DNA of 64,000 nt from an uncultured Saprospiraceae bacterium (GTDB taxonomy: Bacteria; Bacteroidota; Bacteroidia; Chitinophagales; Saprospiraceae). The stretch lies in assembly GCA_937872385.1 (NCBI GenBank), contig CALMSO010000047.1, positions 78,660 to 142,659 of the forward strand, in the 5' to 3' direction. Below are positions 19,200 to 28,203 of the stretch, piece by piece. Below the pieces are notes generated by a model. That model was not told where the DNA came from. It searched no databases and saw only the letters and a program-made list of their open reading frames with translations. The position numbers and the translations under genes are program-made. Numbering within the stretch: position 1 is the stretch's first letter; every line of letters begins with the position of its first letter.

Positions 19200-19474
19200 C
19201 CGTATCACCCATGGCCCGTCCTGAAATAGCTTGCAAAAAAAAATTAATCCCTCAACAAACGTTTTCGGTGCCTGATACCGTTGTAGTACAAAAATTCTAC
19301 ATTTTTATTGTAGCAAACTGTATCGAATCAAACTGCTGCGCATTCTATCAGAAGCGCTTATTGACCAGAACAAAAACACCCCGATGGGTTGTCTAAATAA
19401 ATGAGCGGGCAGTTTTAAAGCCTCTTAAAAAAAACAAAGCGACCAGCATTCACCATTTAAAAATTACAGCATCC

Positions 19475-21298
19475 ATGCGCCTGACCTTGACCCTACTCTG
19501 CCTCGGTTTTGCCTTGTTATTGCCTTTTGCAGGCCAAAGCCAGAAGTTGGATAAAGCCATTGACAAATTAGAAAAAGCCCGCAAAGACTCTTGGCCACCC
19601 ACGCGCACGCATTCGCGCATTTCTTTGGGTTATGCTTTGCAGCAAAAGTTTAAAACGCACGCCCAGTACTGTGGATTCGACCTGCCTGGTGACAGCCGCC
19701 GCGACTATGTGCCTGCCGACATCGTACGCTTTCTTGGCAGCCGCGACCTGCGCACCAAGGTAGAAACCGCCGACATCCGGGGTGGTGGCCTCATGTATTA
19801 TATCTTTCACGATTCAGAACTCAACCAGCCGCTCAACGTAGTGAATTATATGCCTACGCGCGTACTGCAACTCGATGGCGTACAAAATCAGTTTGCCGTC
19901 AATCCAGACGCCAATTTCGACACCTATTTGCTCACCAAAACCTGCGGCGGCTACCTAAAAGCGGCTTTAGATGCAGGCATCGAACCGCCCTACGCTGCCT
20001 TCAAGGCTGCCTTAGATACCGACAGCCGGCGGGAGTCCTCGATCATGGCTTTGTCGGGGTCTTTTGTATCGCCGCTCAAGCTGGCATTAGATGCCAACAA
20101 TGACCTCACCACCGAGGTGCTGATGAAGCTCTGGAAATTTTATCTGGATAACCCTTCTTACGCCAATCGGGCGTACTACCTGCGTGAGTTTGAGGGCGTG
20201 ATGATTCGGCACATTACCTCCGCCGAAGAGAACCGCAAGGTGGAAATGGAAGGCGGCCTCAACCTATCGGGGCTGCTGCCGGGGCGTTTCAAAACTACTT
20301 TTGGTGCGGGCGCTGCCTCCCAGGGTTCGTTTTTGGGTACCGACTGGGAGACCATTGTTTACGCCGATTTTGAGGAAAAAGGACTGAGTCGTCAGCAGAT
20401 ATTTTCGAAGCTACCCAGCCCGGAGTTTATTCGGCGACATTTTGAAAACCTTCAGCCCATTGTGCAGAAATCCCGCGATTTTCCGGTGATGGCCGAGGGC
20501 ATCGAGCACAAGCATTACCTGCTGCTGGAAGGCATTCCGGCTAATATGACCAACAATTTTTGGGAAATCGAATCGGTAAAATCAGGCGTATTTGACGGAT
20601 TTCCAACACTTTCCGCTGAATTTATACAAGACAACAAGGGCGGTGCCGGTTGTCGGTTTACCATTAGCGGCAAGCCCCTACGCAGCAATTTTGAAGGGCC
20701 CTCCGCTACGCGCCCCAGCCGTCTAACGCTGTCGTATATCATTCGCAGCCGCTACCCGGTAGGCGGCGAGTACATTCGATTCTATGTCAACGAAGAAATC
20801 CAGACCAGCGCGCAACCGGTGGCCACGCTGAGTTCCGGCGAATTTGACCTAAACAAAAAAGAAGACCGAAAATTTGCTTTTCAATGGAAATTTGAGGTGG
20901 ACATTGAAGACAGCTACAATCCGGTGGACTTCAGCGAAACACCTTATATTGGCAATCTGACCGTGCGACGCAGTGATAAAAATTTGAATGTAAAACTCGC
21001 TAAAATAGAGCGAGATGCGCAACGACGTAAGCTCATTATCACCGTAGAAACCTTCGATACTTTTCCTTTGGACAAGATTGACGATGCCAACATGCAAGCT
21101 TATAACCTTTCATTGGATGTACATTTGCGCAGCAAAATTTCCAACAACATCTCCGTGCGCCCCTTGCGCGGCACGCTCTATTTTCCAGGCATTAAACCCG
21201 ATTTGCCTATTGGGCAAGCAGCCGAAGAATCGGCTAATGGCTTGTTGCAAGCCCTACCCGAAATCACCCCCGTAAAAAGCGGCGGCGAGAAAGAGTAG
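19475..21298 (+). CDS. secreted protein of unknown function (607 aa)
   Basis: Long ORF with a clear signal peptide (LLCLGFALLLPFAGQSQ). I recognise no motif in it. Confidence 0.6.
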   Translation: MRLTLTLLCLGFALLLPFAGQSQKLDKAIDKLEKARKDSWPPTRTHSRISLGYALQQKFKTHAQYCGFDLPGDSRRDYVPADIVRFLGSRDLRTKVETADIRGGGLMYYIFHDSELNQPLNVVNYMPTRVLQLDGVQNQFAVNPDANFDTYLLTKTCGGYLKAALDAGIEPPYAAFKAALDTDSRRESSIMALSGSFVSPLKLALDANNDLTTEVLMKLWKFYLDNPSYANRAYYLREFEGVMIRHITSAEENRKVEMEGGLNLSGLLPGRFKTTFGAGAASQGSFLGTDWETIVYADFEEKGLSRQQIFSKLPSPEFIRRHFENLQPIVQKSRDFPVMAEGIEHKHYLLLEGIPANMTNNFWEIESVKSGVFDGFPTLSAEFIQDNKGGAGCRFTISGKPLRSNFEGPSATRPSRLTLSYIIRSRYPVGGEYIRFYVNEEIQTSAQPVATLSSGEFDLNKKEDRKFAFQWKFEVDIEDSYNPVDFSETPYIGNLTVRRSDKNLNVKLAKIERDAQRRKLIITVETFDTFPLDKIDDANMQAYNLSLDVHLRSKISNNISVRPLRGTLYFPGIKPDLPIGQAAEESANGLLQALPEITPVKSGGEKE

Positions 21299-21490
21299 CA
21301 GTCTGCGCAATGCCCTTACCTCAATGGCTGATGCCGTTTGTGCCCTTTTTGGTGCAGCACCGCACCGGAGTGCATTTGCTGCGGAATTCTTCGTATCTTC
21401 ACCAGAATTTTGGTGATAGCCCGCGCCTTTGCCCCTCCAAGAGCGCGGATGACAGATAGCCTCCGAGCGTTCAGGAAAACGATACACACC

Positions 21491-22366
21491 ATGGAACAGC
21501 TCCTGCGAGGCCTGCTATACGGTCTAATCTTCTTTTTTGCGGGTTATATGCTGTTTACCCGACAGGATATAATCATGCAGCGCATGGCCAGCTCGGCTTA
21601 TTTACCTGTCATTGAAAAATTATCCCGCGATTTTAAAACTGGCGTAGAATTAGCCGGACGCGATTTTCGGGTCTTTGTCGAAAAAGAACTTGGCGACCGC
21701 GACATTCAGCAATTGCTGGGCCGCCGCACCCCTTGGGCTTGGCAGCGCACGGATATTGAAAATAAATTGGCGCAGCATTTTGGTAAAAAACAGGCTGAAA
21801 AAAGGCAGCTTTTTTTAAATTATATTGAACAATATGCTCCCTTAGCCCTGTCGGAAATGGCCGCCAGTGGCATCCCGGCCAGCGTCACCTTGGCGCAAGG
21901 CATCCTCGAAACCAATGCTGGCAATAGCTACATCGCTCGTACCGCCAATAATCATTTTGGCATAAAATGCTATAAACGAAAAGATTATAAAGCAGATGGC
22001 ATCATAGACGACCGTGATTTTTATCACCACGAACTCGCCCACGGCTGCGTGCAAATCCACGACGACCACGCCTGGGATCGCTTCCACATGTACCAATCGC
22101 CTGCCCTGAGTTTCCGGCATCATACCCTGCTGCTAAGCCGCGAGCCGCGCTACAACTGGATGCTGCGCGCCTATGGCGACAAAATCGGCGCTTATTGTCA
22201 AGTAGAGCCACACTGGTTTGGCACGCCTGAAGTGCCTTACTACGCTGCCTGGTGCATCGGTTTGAAAAAAAGCGGCTATGCCACCAGCAAGACCTACGCA
22301 CAGAAGCTGGCTTATATCATAGAAACGTATGAACTCTGGCGCTTCGATTATTTATTAGTAGGATGA
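21491..22366 (+). CDS. membrane-anchored glucosaminidase-domain (GH73/FlgJ-like) peptidoglycan hydrolase
   Basis: N-terminal TM (LLYGLIFFFAGYMLF) and the motif GIPASVTLAQGILETNAGNSYIARTANNHFGIK. Start taken at the ATG at 21491. Confidence 0.75.
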   Translation: MEQLLRGLLYGLIFFFAGYMLFTRQDIIMQRMASSAYLPVIEKLSRDFKTGVELAGRDFRVFVEKELGDRDIQQLLGRRTPWAWQRTDIENKLAQHFGKKQAEKRQLFLNYIEQYAPLALSEMAASGIPASVTLAQGILETNAGNSYIARTANNHFGIKCYKRKDYKADGIIDDRDFYHHELAHGCVQIHDDHAWDRFHMYQSPALSFRHHTLLLSREPRYNWMLRAYGDKIGAYCQVEPHWFGTPEVPYYAAWCIGLKKSGYATSKTYAQKLAYIIETYELWRFDYLLVG

Positions 22367-22446
22367 GCAATAGCAAGATTAAGGATTTAACACATAGATT
22401 ATAAGCATATTACAATCAATAACATTTTTTAATCCAAAACCACATC

Positions 22447-23499
22447 ATGATGAAAAATTTACTTACTATTATGGGCTTTTTGCTCGCCGGATTTTGTTTT
22501 TTTGCCTGGTACGGCAATCGGGAAGGCACAGGCACACCCTACCATGAGCAGCCAGCCATAGCCGAAGCCGGAGCCTTTGGCGCGGATGTTTTTGGCGGAA
22601 GCCGCACCTTAGAGCGTCCATCAGAGGTATCAAGTGCCAAATCGGCGCAGTCCGCCCGCCAGTCAGAACCAATAGCTGCGGCCACAGCACCGGGCGCGGG
22701 GCGCAAATCTTTTCAGCGAGAAGTACAAATGCTCTCGGACATTGCGATAGCTGGAGCCTTAGACCAGCAAAAACAAATTCCGGCCGGCGCTGCCCTCGCT
22801 TTGCTCATTTACTCCGCAGAGCGCGGCAAGCAAGCCGACGCCGCCAATCTGCGCCGCGTGATTGATTACCTCGACGGCATCCGCTATGAGGCTTCCAAAG
22901 ACGACCGCGGTAATTATTTCAAATATGCTTCCAACTCAGAAAAATGGTTTGCCGGGCTGGCCCTCGACCGCAACGGCGCGCACCCCAAAACGGATTTACT
23001 GCGCATTTATCAAGCTTATAATTTGCAACAATACGACAAAAGTGTATTTGCCAAACTGACCAATGCCGCCCCCGAAGGTGTGCATTTTGATAAAACCGTG
23101 ACCCCGCAAAGCAAGGCGCCCGCCATGAAAGGCGACCCCTCGGTAGAAGAAGTGCGGCGCAATCAGGCTTACGCCAAAAACCGCTGGGTAGAAAATGCAG
23201 GCAAAAACAGCGATGCCGATGTGCGCTTTTTACCCTCTCGCTCACGCGACCGCGAAACGGTAAGTGAGGCGCGCAGTGTGGTACAAGCCCTGCGGGTGGG
23301 CGAATCGCTTACTTTCGACGAGCCAGATATTTATCACGCGGCGGTAAAAGAGATGATTGCCTTTGAAAATGGCTACGCCAACTGGCAAGCTTACGAAACC
23401 GGAATGGGCCGGAGCAATGCCGATAAAGTATTTCGCAAACGTGCCGAAAAAGGCGGCTTCATGGCTACTGGCACCCTGAAACTGACCCGCGAACGTTAA
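22447..23499 (+). CDS. membrane-anchored protein of unknown function, possibly a degenerate glucosaminidase-like paralogue
   Basis: N-terminal TM (LLTIMGFLLAGFCFFAWY) and an Ala/Ser-rich linker. IPAGAALALLIYSAERGK resembles IPASVTLAQGILETNAGN of the upstream gene. Confidence 0.5.
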   Translation: MMKNLLTIMGFLLAGFCFFAWYGNREGTGTPYHEQPAIAEAGAFGADVFGGSRTLERPSEVSSAKSAQSARQSEPIAAATAPGAGRKSFQREVQMLSDIAIAGALDQQKQIPAGAALALLIYSAERGKQADAANLRRVIDYLDGIRYEASKDDRGNYFKYASNSEKWFAGLALDRNGAHPKTDLLRIYQAYNLQQYDKSVFAKLTNAAPEGVHFDKTVTPQSKAPAMKGDPSVEEVRRNQAYAKNRWVENAGKNSDADVRFLPSRSRDRETVSEARSVVQALRVGESLTFDEPDIYHAAVKEMIAFENGYANWQAYETGMGRSNADKVFRKRAEKGGFMATGTLKLTRER

Positions 23500-23519
23500 A
23501 AAAAAATTCATTTTGCAAT

Positions 23520-23559
23520 ATGCCGGATGTGGCAAGAACATGGCGCGTCCGGCATTTTT
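23520..23559 (+). terminator. Rho-independent terminator
   Basis: ATGCCGGA (23520-23527) pairs with TCCGGCAT (23548-23555), with a 20-nt loop and then TTTT. Confidence 0.6.
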
Positions 23560-23876
23560 CATACAGATTTCAATAAAAGTAATGGGACATGGTTATTTGT
23601 TCATTGGGACAGTTTTATACCAATGTAACCATGAACTGGTTATCAGTGAACGTTGAACTGTGTTGATAATCAACCAGTTGTAAAACCATAGCATACGTCA
23701 CAACTCATTGAAGTTGGCACTATATTACCATCCAAATACTTATGAATTTTTTATATTCAAAATAACGATGTATATGTTGCGAATTACATGGCTCAATACT
23801 AGCCCATTGAACGGTTCGCTGCCTGCCCTTGGAAATGGTACTAAGCTGGTTCGAGAAGTATCGCCAGCGGTAGTGG

Positions 23877-24095
23877 CTACTGTTCGCCACGGAAATTGCT
23901 CTGCGCCAGATAGATAATGACAATGCCCGCAATGATGAAGACAAGGCGCATGACGAACCCAAACAAGCGCCCCGGCGCGTCTATCCAAGTAAGGAATGCC
24001 AATTGTAACCCGACTAAGCTGAGAATAAGCGCCAAAAATCCGGTGCCAGCTAGCAGGAAGCCAACTAAAGTAAACAAGCCTTTGTTTTTTATCAT
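23877..24095 (-). CDS. small two-TM membrane protein (72 aa)
   Basis: Two hydrophobic helices (LFTLVGFLLAGTGFLALILSLVGL and LFGFVMRLVFIIAGIVIIYL). No family recognised. Confidence 0.4.
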   Translation of the reverse strand: MIKNKGLFTLVGFLLAGTGFLALILSLVGLQLAFLTWIDAPGRLFGFVMRLVFIIAGIVIIYLAQSNFRGEQ

Positions 24096-24323
24096 AATGA
24101 GTCGTTTTTTGTTTTTGAACGCCGAGCTATTGCAAAAGTTTTATTTTGTAGCGCATCATCGGTAAAAGCATTGAAAAAGTAGCTTATTTTTGGCAAAAAA
24201 TACTCAAATCGTTTTAAAAACCCGTGCCATTTTCCAGCGAAGTGCCGCAGTGGGTAAGCATTGTAATATATGTACAATGCGCCTGATTGGCTTCGCACAT
24301 GGTATGAAAAAACCATTGCCCGA

Positions 24324-25178
24324 ATGGTCAAAATAATTGAATGCCCCCGCGATGCCATGCAGGGATTAAAAGACTTCATCCCGACTGCCACCAAAGCTGC
24401 GTACATCAACCAGTTGCTGAAAGTGGGTTTCGACACCATTGATTTCGGTAGTTTTGTTTCGCCCAAGGCAATTCCGCAAATGCGCGACACCGCCGAAGTG
24501 CTAAAATCACTCGACCTGAGCAACACGCGCTCCAAGCTGCTGGCTATTGTGGCCAACCAACGAGGTGCTACCGACGCAGCAGCCTTTGCTGAAATCGCCT
24601 ATCTCGGCTACCCGTTTTCTATTTCCGAAACCTTCCAATTGCGCAATACCAACGCTACGATTGAGGAATCGCTGGAGCGCGTAGAAGAAATTCAGGCGAT
24701 CTGCCTAAAAACCGGCAAGCAATTAGTGCTCTACATTTCAATGGGTTTTGGCAATCCCTACGGCGACCCCTGGAACGTAGAAACCGTGCAAAAATGGGTA
24801 AACCGATTGGCAGACATGGGCATTACGATTTTTCAATTGTCGGACACAATTGGCGTGGCCAGCCCGGAGAGCATTCGCTACCTCTTTCAGGATTTGATAC
24901 CCGCTTATCCGCAGCTTGAAATCGGGGCACACCTACACACCGTGCCACAAAGCTGGCGCACCAAAGTGGCGGCTGCATACGAAAGCGGTTGCCGACGCTT
25001 TGACGGAGCCATCAAAGGCTTTGGAGGCTGCCCTATGGCCAAAGACGACCTGACGGGCAATATGCCCACCGAAAATATGGTTCGATATTTTGATAAAACA
25101 GGCGAAACCACTGGTCTTGACGCGACTGCCTTCGAAGCATCGCTACAAATGGCTACCGAAGTATTTCCGCTGCATTGA
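24324..25178 (+). CDS. hydroxymethylglutaryl-CoA lyase
   Basis: KIIECPRDAMQGL (RD-x-xQ motif), a DTIGVA motif and a HLH metal site. Start taken at MVKIIE. Confidence 0.8.
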   Translation: MVKIIECPRDAMQGLKDFIPTATKAAYINQLLKVGFDTIDFGSFVSPKAIPQMRDTAEVLKSLDLSNTRSKLLAIVANQRGATDAAAFAEIAYLGYPFSISETFQLRNTNATIEESLERVEEIQAICLKTGKQLVLYISMGFGNPYGDPWNVETVQKWVNRLADMGITIFQLSDTIGVASPESIRYLFQDLIPAYPQLEIGAHLHTVPQSWRTKVAAAYESGCRRFDGAIKGFGGCPMAKDDLTGNMPTENMVRYFDKTGETTGLDATAFEASLQMATEVFPLH

Positions 25179-25201
25179 GCCAAAGCTTAGGACATAAACA
25201 A

Positions 25202-25240
25202 AGCCCCAGCGAAACTACTTTCACCGGGGCTTCTCTTTTG
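25202..25240 (+). terminator. probable Rho-independent terminator after the HMG-CoA lyase gene
   Basis: AAGCCCC (25202-25208) pairs with GGGGCTT (25227-25233), followed by a T-rich tail CTCTTTT. Confidence 0.45.
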
Positions 25241-25366
25241 TACCATTTTCAATTGAAAATAACGCACCTATCCATTTTCAAAAGCCTGTCTATCAATTAT
25301 TTACAGAATCGAAAATCGAATTTCGCAAATTGTAAATGGTATTATAGCTTACTGTACCTATGTAGC

Positions 25367-26521
25367 TTATGCTTTCAATGCTTCCCGCGAAATGACCAAT
25401 TTCTGAATCTCAGAAGTGCCTTCGCCAATGGTGCAAAGTTTGGCATCGCGGTAGTATTTTTCCACCGGAAAATCTTTGGTGTAGCCATAGCCGCCATGCA
25501 CCTGAACGGCGTCGGTAGCAATTTCCACAGCAATTTCCGACGCATAATACTTTGCCATTGCGGAAAGCTTGGTCGTCTTTTCGTTGTGGTCTTTCAGATA
25601 GCCCGCCTTGCGCGTGAGCAGCTCTGCCGCTTCGATTTTCACAGCCATATCTGCCAATTTGAAACTGATCCCCTGAAATTTGGCAATCGGCTGCCCAAAC
25701 TGATGCCGCTCCTGCGCATAACGCACCGACGCCTCGTAAGCACCTTTGGCAATACCCAAGGATAAGGCCGCGATGGAGATGCGCCCGCCGTCGAGTATTT
25801 TCATGGATTGGATGAAACCTTCACCGACCTTACCCAGCACCTGGCTTTCGTGAATGCGGCAATTGTCAAAAATCATCTCGGCGGTTTCGGAAGCCCGCAT
25901 CCCGAGTTTGTTTTCCTTTTTACCAGCCTGAAAACCCGGCGTGCCTCGTTCTATGATGAAAGCCGTCATACCGTGACTGTCGAGTAGCTCGCCGGTACGC
26001 GCGATGACCACCGCTACGTGCCCTGATTTGCCATGTGTGATCCAGTTTTTGGCACCGTTCAGCACGTAGTATTCGCCGTCTTTTTCAGCAATGCACTGCA
26101 TACGCATGGCGTCGCTGCCGGTATTGGGTTCTGTAAGCCCCCAAGCGCCGACCCATTCGCCGGTGGCGAGCTTGGGCAGATAAGCTGCTTTTTGCGATTC
26201 ATTACCAAACATCAGTATATGATTGGTACACAGCGAGTTGTGCGCAGCTACTGAAAGTCCGATAGAGCCGCAAACTTTAGCGATTTCTTCAATGACAGTG
26301 ATGTATTCTTGGTATCCGAGACCTGCGCCGCCATAGGCTTCGGGCACAAGCACACCGAGGAAACCGTATTCGCCCATTTGGTGAAACAAATCCATTGGAA
26401 AATGTTGACTTTCGTCCCATTCCATGACCTGCGGTCGGATGTAGGTTTCGGCAAAGTCGCGTGCGCTTTCGCGGATGAGTTGGAGGTTGTCATGGCTTAC
26501 GCCGGCAGTAACAACGTTCAT
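25367..26521 (-). CDS. acyl-CoA dehydrogenase (short/branched-chain type)
   Basis: Motifs GLTEPNTGSDA, KNWITHG, YYRDAKLCTIGEGTSEIQ. Confidence 0.85.
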   Translation of the reverse strand: MNVVTAGVSHDNLQLIRESARDFAETYIRPQVMEWDESQHFPMDLFHQMGEYGFLGVLVPEAYGGAGLGYQEYITVIEEIAKVCGSIGLSVAAHNSLCTNHILMFGNESQKAAYLPKLATGEWVGAWGLTEPNTGSDAMRMQCIAEKDGEYYVLNGAKNWITHGKSGHVAVVIARTGELLDSHGMTAFIIERGTPGFQAGKKENKLGMRASETAEMIFDNCRIHESQVLGKVGEGFIQSMKILDGGRISIAALSLGIAKGAYEASVRYAQERHQFGQPIAKFQGISFKLADMAVKIEAAELLTRKAGYLKDHNEKTTKLSAMAKYYASEIAVEIATDAVQVHGGYGYTKDFPVEKYYRDAKLCTIGEGTSEIQKLVISREALKA

Positions 26522-26716
26522 AAGTTCGAAGTTTTTTTTGTAAAACGATTTGAGCTAAAAAATTGAGTTCGGTCAAAAATACGCATCAGCGGTTGGAAAA
26601 TGCGCGTCGAGGCCAGAAAATTTGTCTGACACACAGCATCTGTACAGTAGTACAATATTTTCTGAACGATTTTTGTTGAGGCCTGTTGAATGATTATTAA
26701 TGAATGTGCAGATTCC

Positions 26717-27868
26717 TTACCGATAATTCAATGCGGAGGTAGAGTCGCCAAAGCCAAGTGCCTGTCGCATTTTTCGATAAACATCGGTGTTGTCATAAAT
26801 ACCGGCGAAGGTATGCGCGTAGGGGCCATAAGCGAAAATCGGAACCATAGCGGCAGTGTGCGTATTGCTGGTAAAGCCAAGTTTCAGTTTGTTAATCCGG
26901 GAACCTTCATTAATAGACAAGCCGCCGGTTTCATGGTCGGCGGTGACAATAACGAGCGTATTGCCGTCTTTGCGGGCAAAGTCAAGTGCTGCTTCGATGG
27001 CTTTATTAAAATCGAGCAACTCGGGGATGAGCCATTCGGCTTTGCCATGATGACAAGCCCAGTCAATTTGGGAGCCCTCGACCATCAGAAAGAAGCCTTT
27101 TTCGCTGCGTTGTTCAAGGAATTGCAAGGCTTTCTTGGTAGCGATGGGTAAAAAATCGCGCCCGTTGCCAGCTACGGTAGGGTCGCGGTCGGCGGTGAAA
27201 TAAACGAATTTCTTTTTGGGGTTAGCGCTGATGTGCGCAAATTCCCCTTCCATATAATCGGTTACATAATAGCCCTTTGCGCGGAGTTCCTCGGACAGCT
27301 TGCGGTTATCTATTTCGCGGTTATCAAAATAATGTTTGCCGCCGCCCACGGCAAAGTCCACACCTGAATCTATGAAATCGGTGGCAATTTGCTCATACAA
27401 CACGCGAATGTTCTGGTGCGCATAGAATGCAGCGGGCGTAGCATGGCTGAACATGGTCGTCACCACAATGCCTGTCGCGTGGCCTCGGTCGCGGGCTTCT
27501 TCCAGAATAGTGCGGCAGGCCACACTATCCGCATCTAATCCAACCGCACCATTATAAGTTTTTACGCCACAGGCAAAAGCAGTAGCTCCGGCGGCCGAAT
27601 CAGTGATAAGGTCATCAGCAGAATGGGTTTTGACAAAGCCCACGACCGGAAACTTCTCTAAGGACAAGCGATTGTTGTTGCTATACAAAGCGGTAGAAAC
27701 CTGCCCCAGCCCCATGCCGTCGCCGATCATCAAAACAATGTTTTTCGGGCGCTGCTCAGGCGGGAAAGTATGTGCAGACGGAATGACAGAGTCCTTGGGT
27801 GTCGTTGTTGTACAGGAAACAATGACAAGAACCATCCAGAAACAGCGGGCTACCTTACAGTGCGGCAT
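26717..27868 (-). CDS. alkaline phosphatase (PhoA family), lipoprotein-type signal
   Basis: Motifs IVLMIGDGMGLGQ, the active-site TDSAAGATA, and VTADHETGGL. The signal ends IVSC. Confidence 0.85.
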   Translation of the reverse strand: MPHCKVARCFWMVLVIVSCTTTTPKDSVIPSAHTFPPEQRPKNIVLMIGDGMGLGQVSTALYSNNNRLSLEKFPVVGFVKTHSADDLITDSAAGATAFACGVKTYNGAVGLDADSVACRTILEEARDRGHATGIVVTTMFSHATPAAFYAHQNIRVLYEQIATDFIDSGVDFAVGGGKHYFDNREIDNRKLSEELRAKGYYVTDYMEGEFAHISANPKKKFVYFTADRDPTVAGNGRDFLPIATKKALQFLEQRSEKGFFLMVEGSQIDWACHHGKAEWLIPELLDFNKAIEAALDFARKDGNTLVIVTADHETGGLSINEGSRINKLKLGFTSNTHTAAMVPIFAYGPYAHTFAGIYDNTDVYRKMRQALGFGDSTSALNYR

Positions 27869-28203
27869 CAGTAAAAGTTGAAATTAGAAAGTCGCTTTCA
27901 ATGAATAATACAATAGGGTAAAAATATGCGATTTCAATATTTAATTTTGTCCTGTTTTGTAAAAAAGAATTTAATTCTTTTCAATTAAAATAATAGTTTT
28001 GAAATCAAACAATATTTGGTTTTTGTGCGTTCAAAATGTGACTTTTACAATGTGCAATCGTCAAAAATACATCTTTACATTGATTTACACAATGTTAAAA
28101 AACGGGGATAGCTCCCCACAGCGCTATTTTCGTTTGCTTTTTCGTTAAAAGTGTATTGCAAAAAGCGTAATTTGAAGCAGATTCAGGTTTAAATATAAAG
28201 ACT

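Noticed and set aside
19270-19320. Three short segments TGTAG / CTACA / TGTAG could form alternative hairpins (attenuator-like) upstream of the 607-aa gene.
   Set aside because: The stems are only 5 bp, with no leader peptide or U-run. Such segments are likely to arise by chance.
27893-27943. Direct repeats CGCTTTCAATGAATA and GCGATTTCAATATTTA upstream of the alkaline phosphatase gene as a possible Pho box.
   Set aside because: They share only a 7-nt core, lie in a very AT-rich region and are 36 nt apart, unlike the 11-nt phased PhoB boxes. The evidence is insufficient.
28109-28122. A 14-nt exact match TAGCTCCCCACAGC is shared with 31425-31438, and a small hairpin GGGGATAGCTCCCC lies at 28104-28117.
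   Set aside because: A rough expectation for 14-nt matches in a 64-kb window on both strands is above one, so it is probably chance. One copy is inside a coding region.
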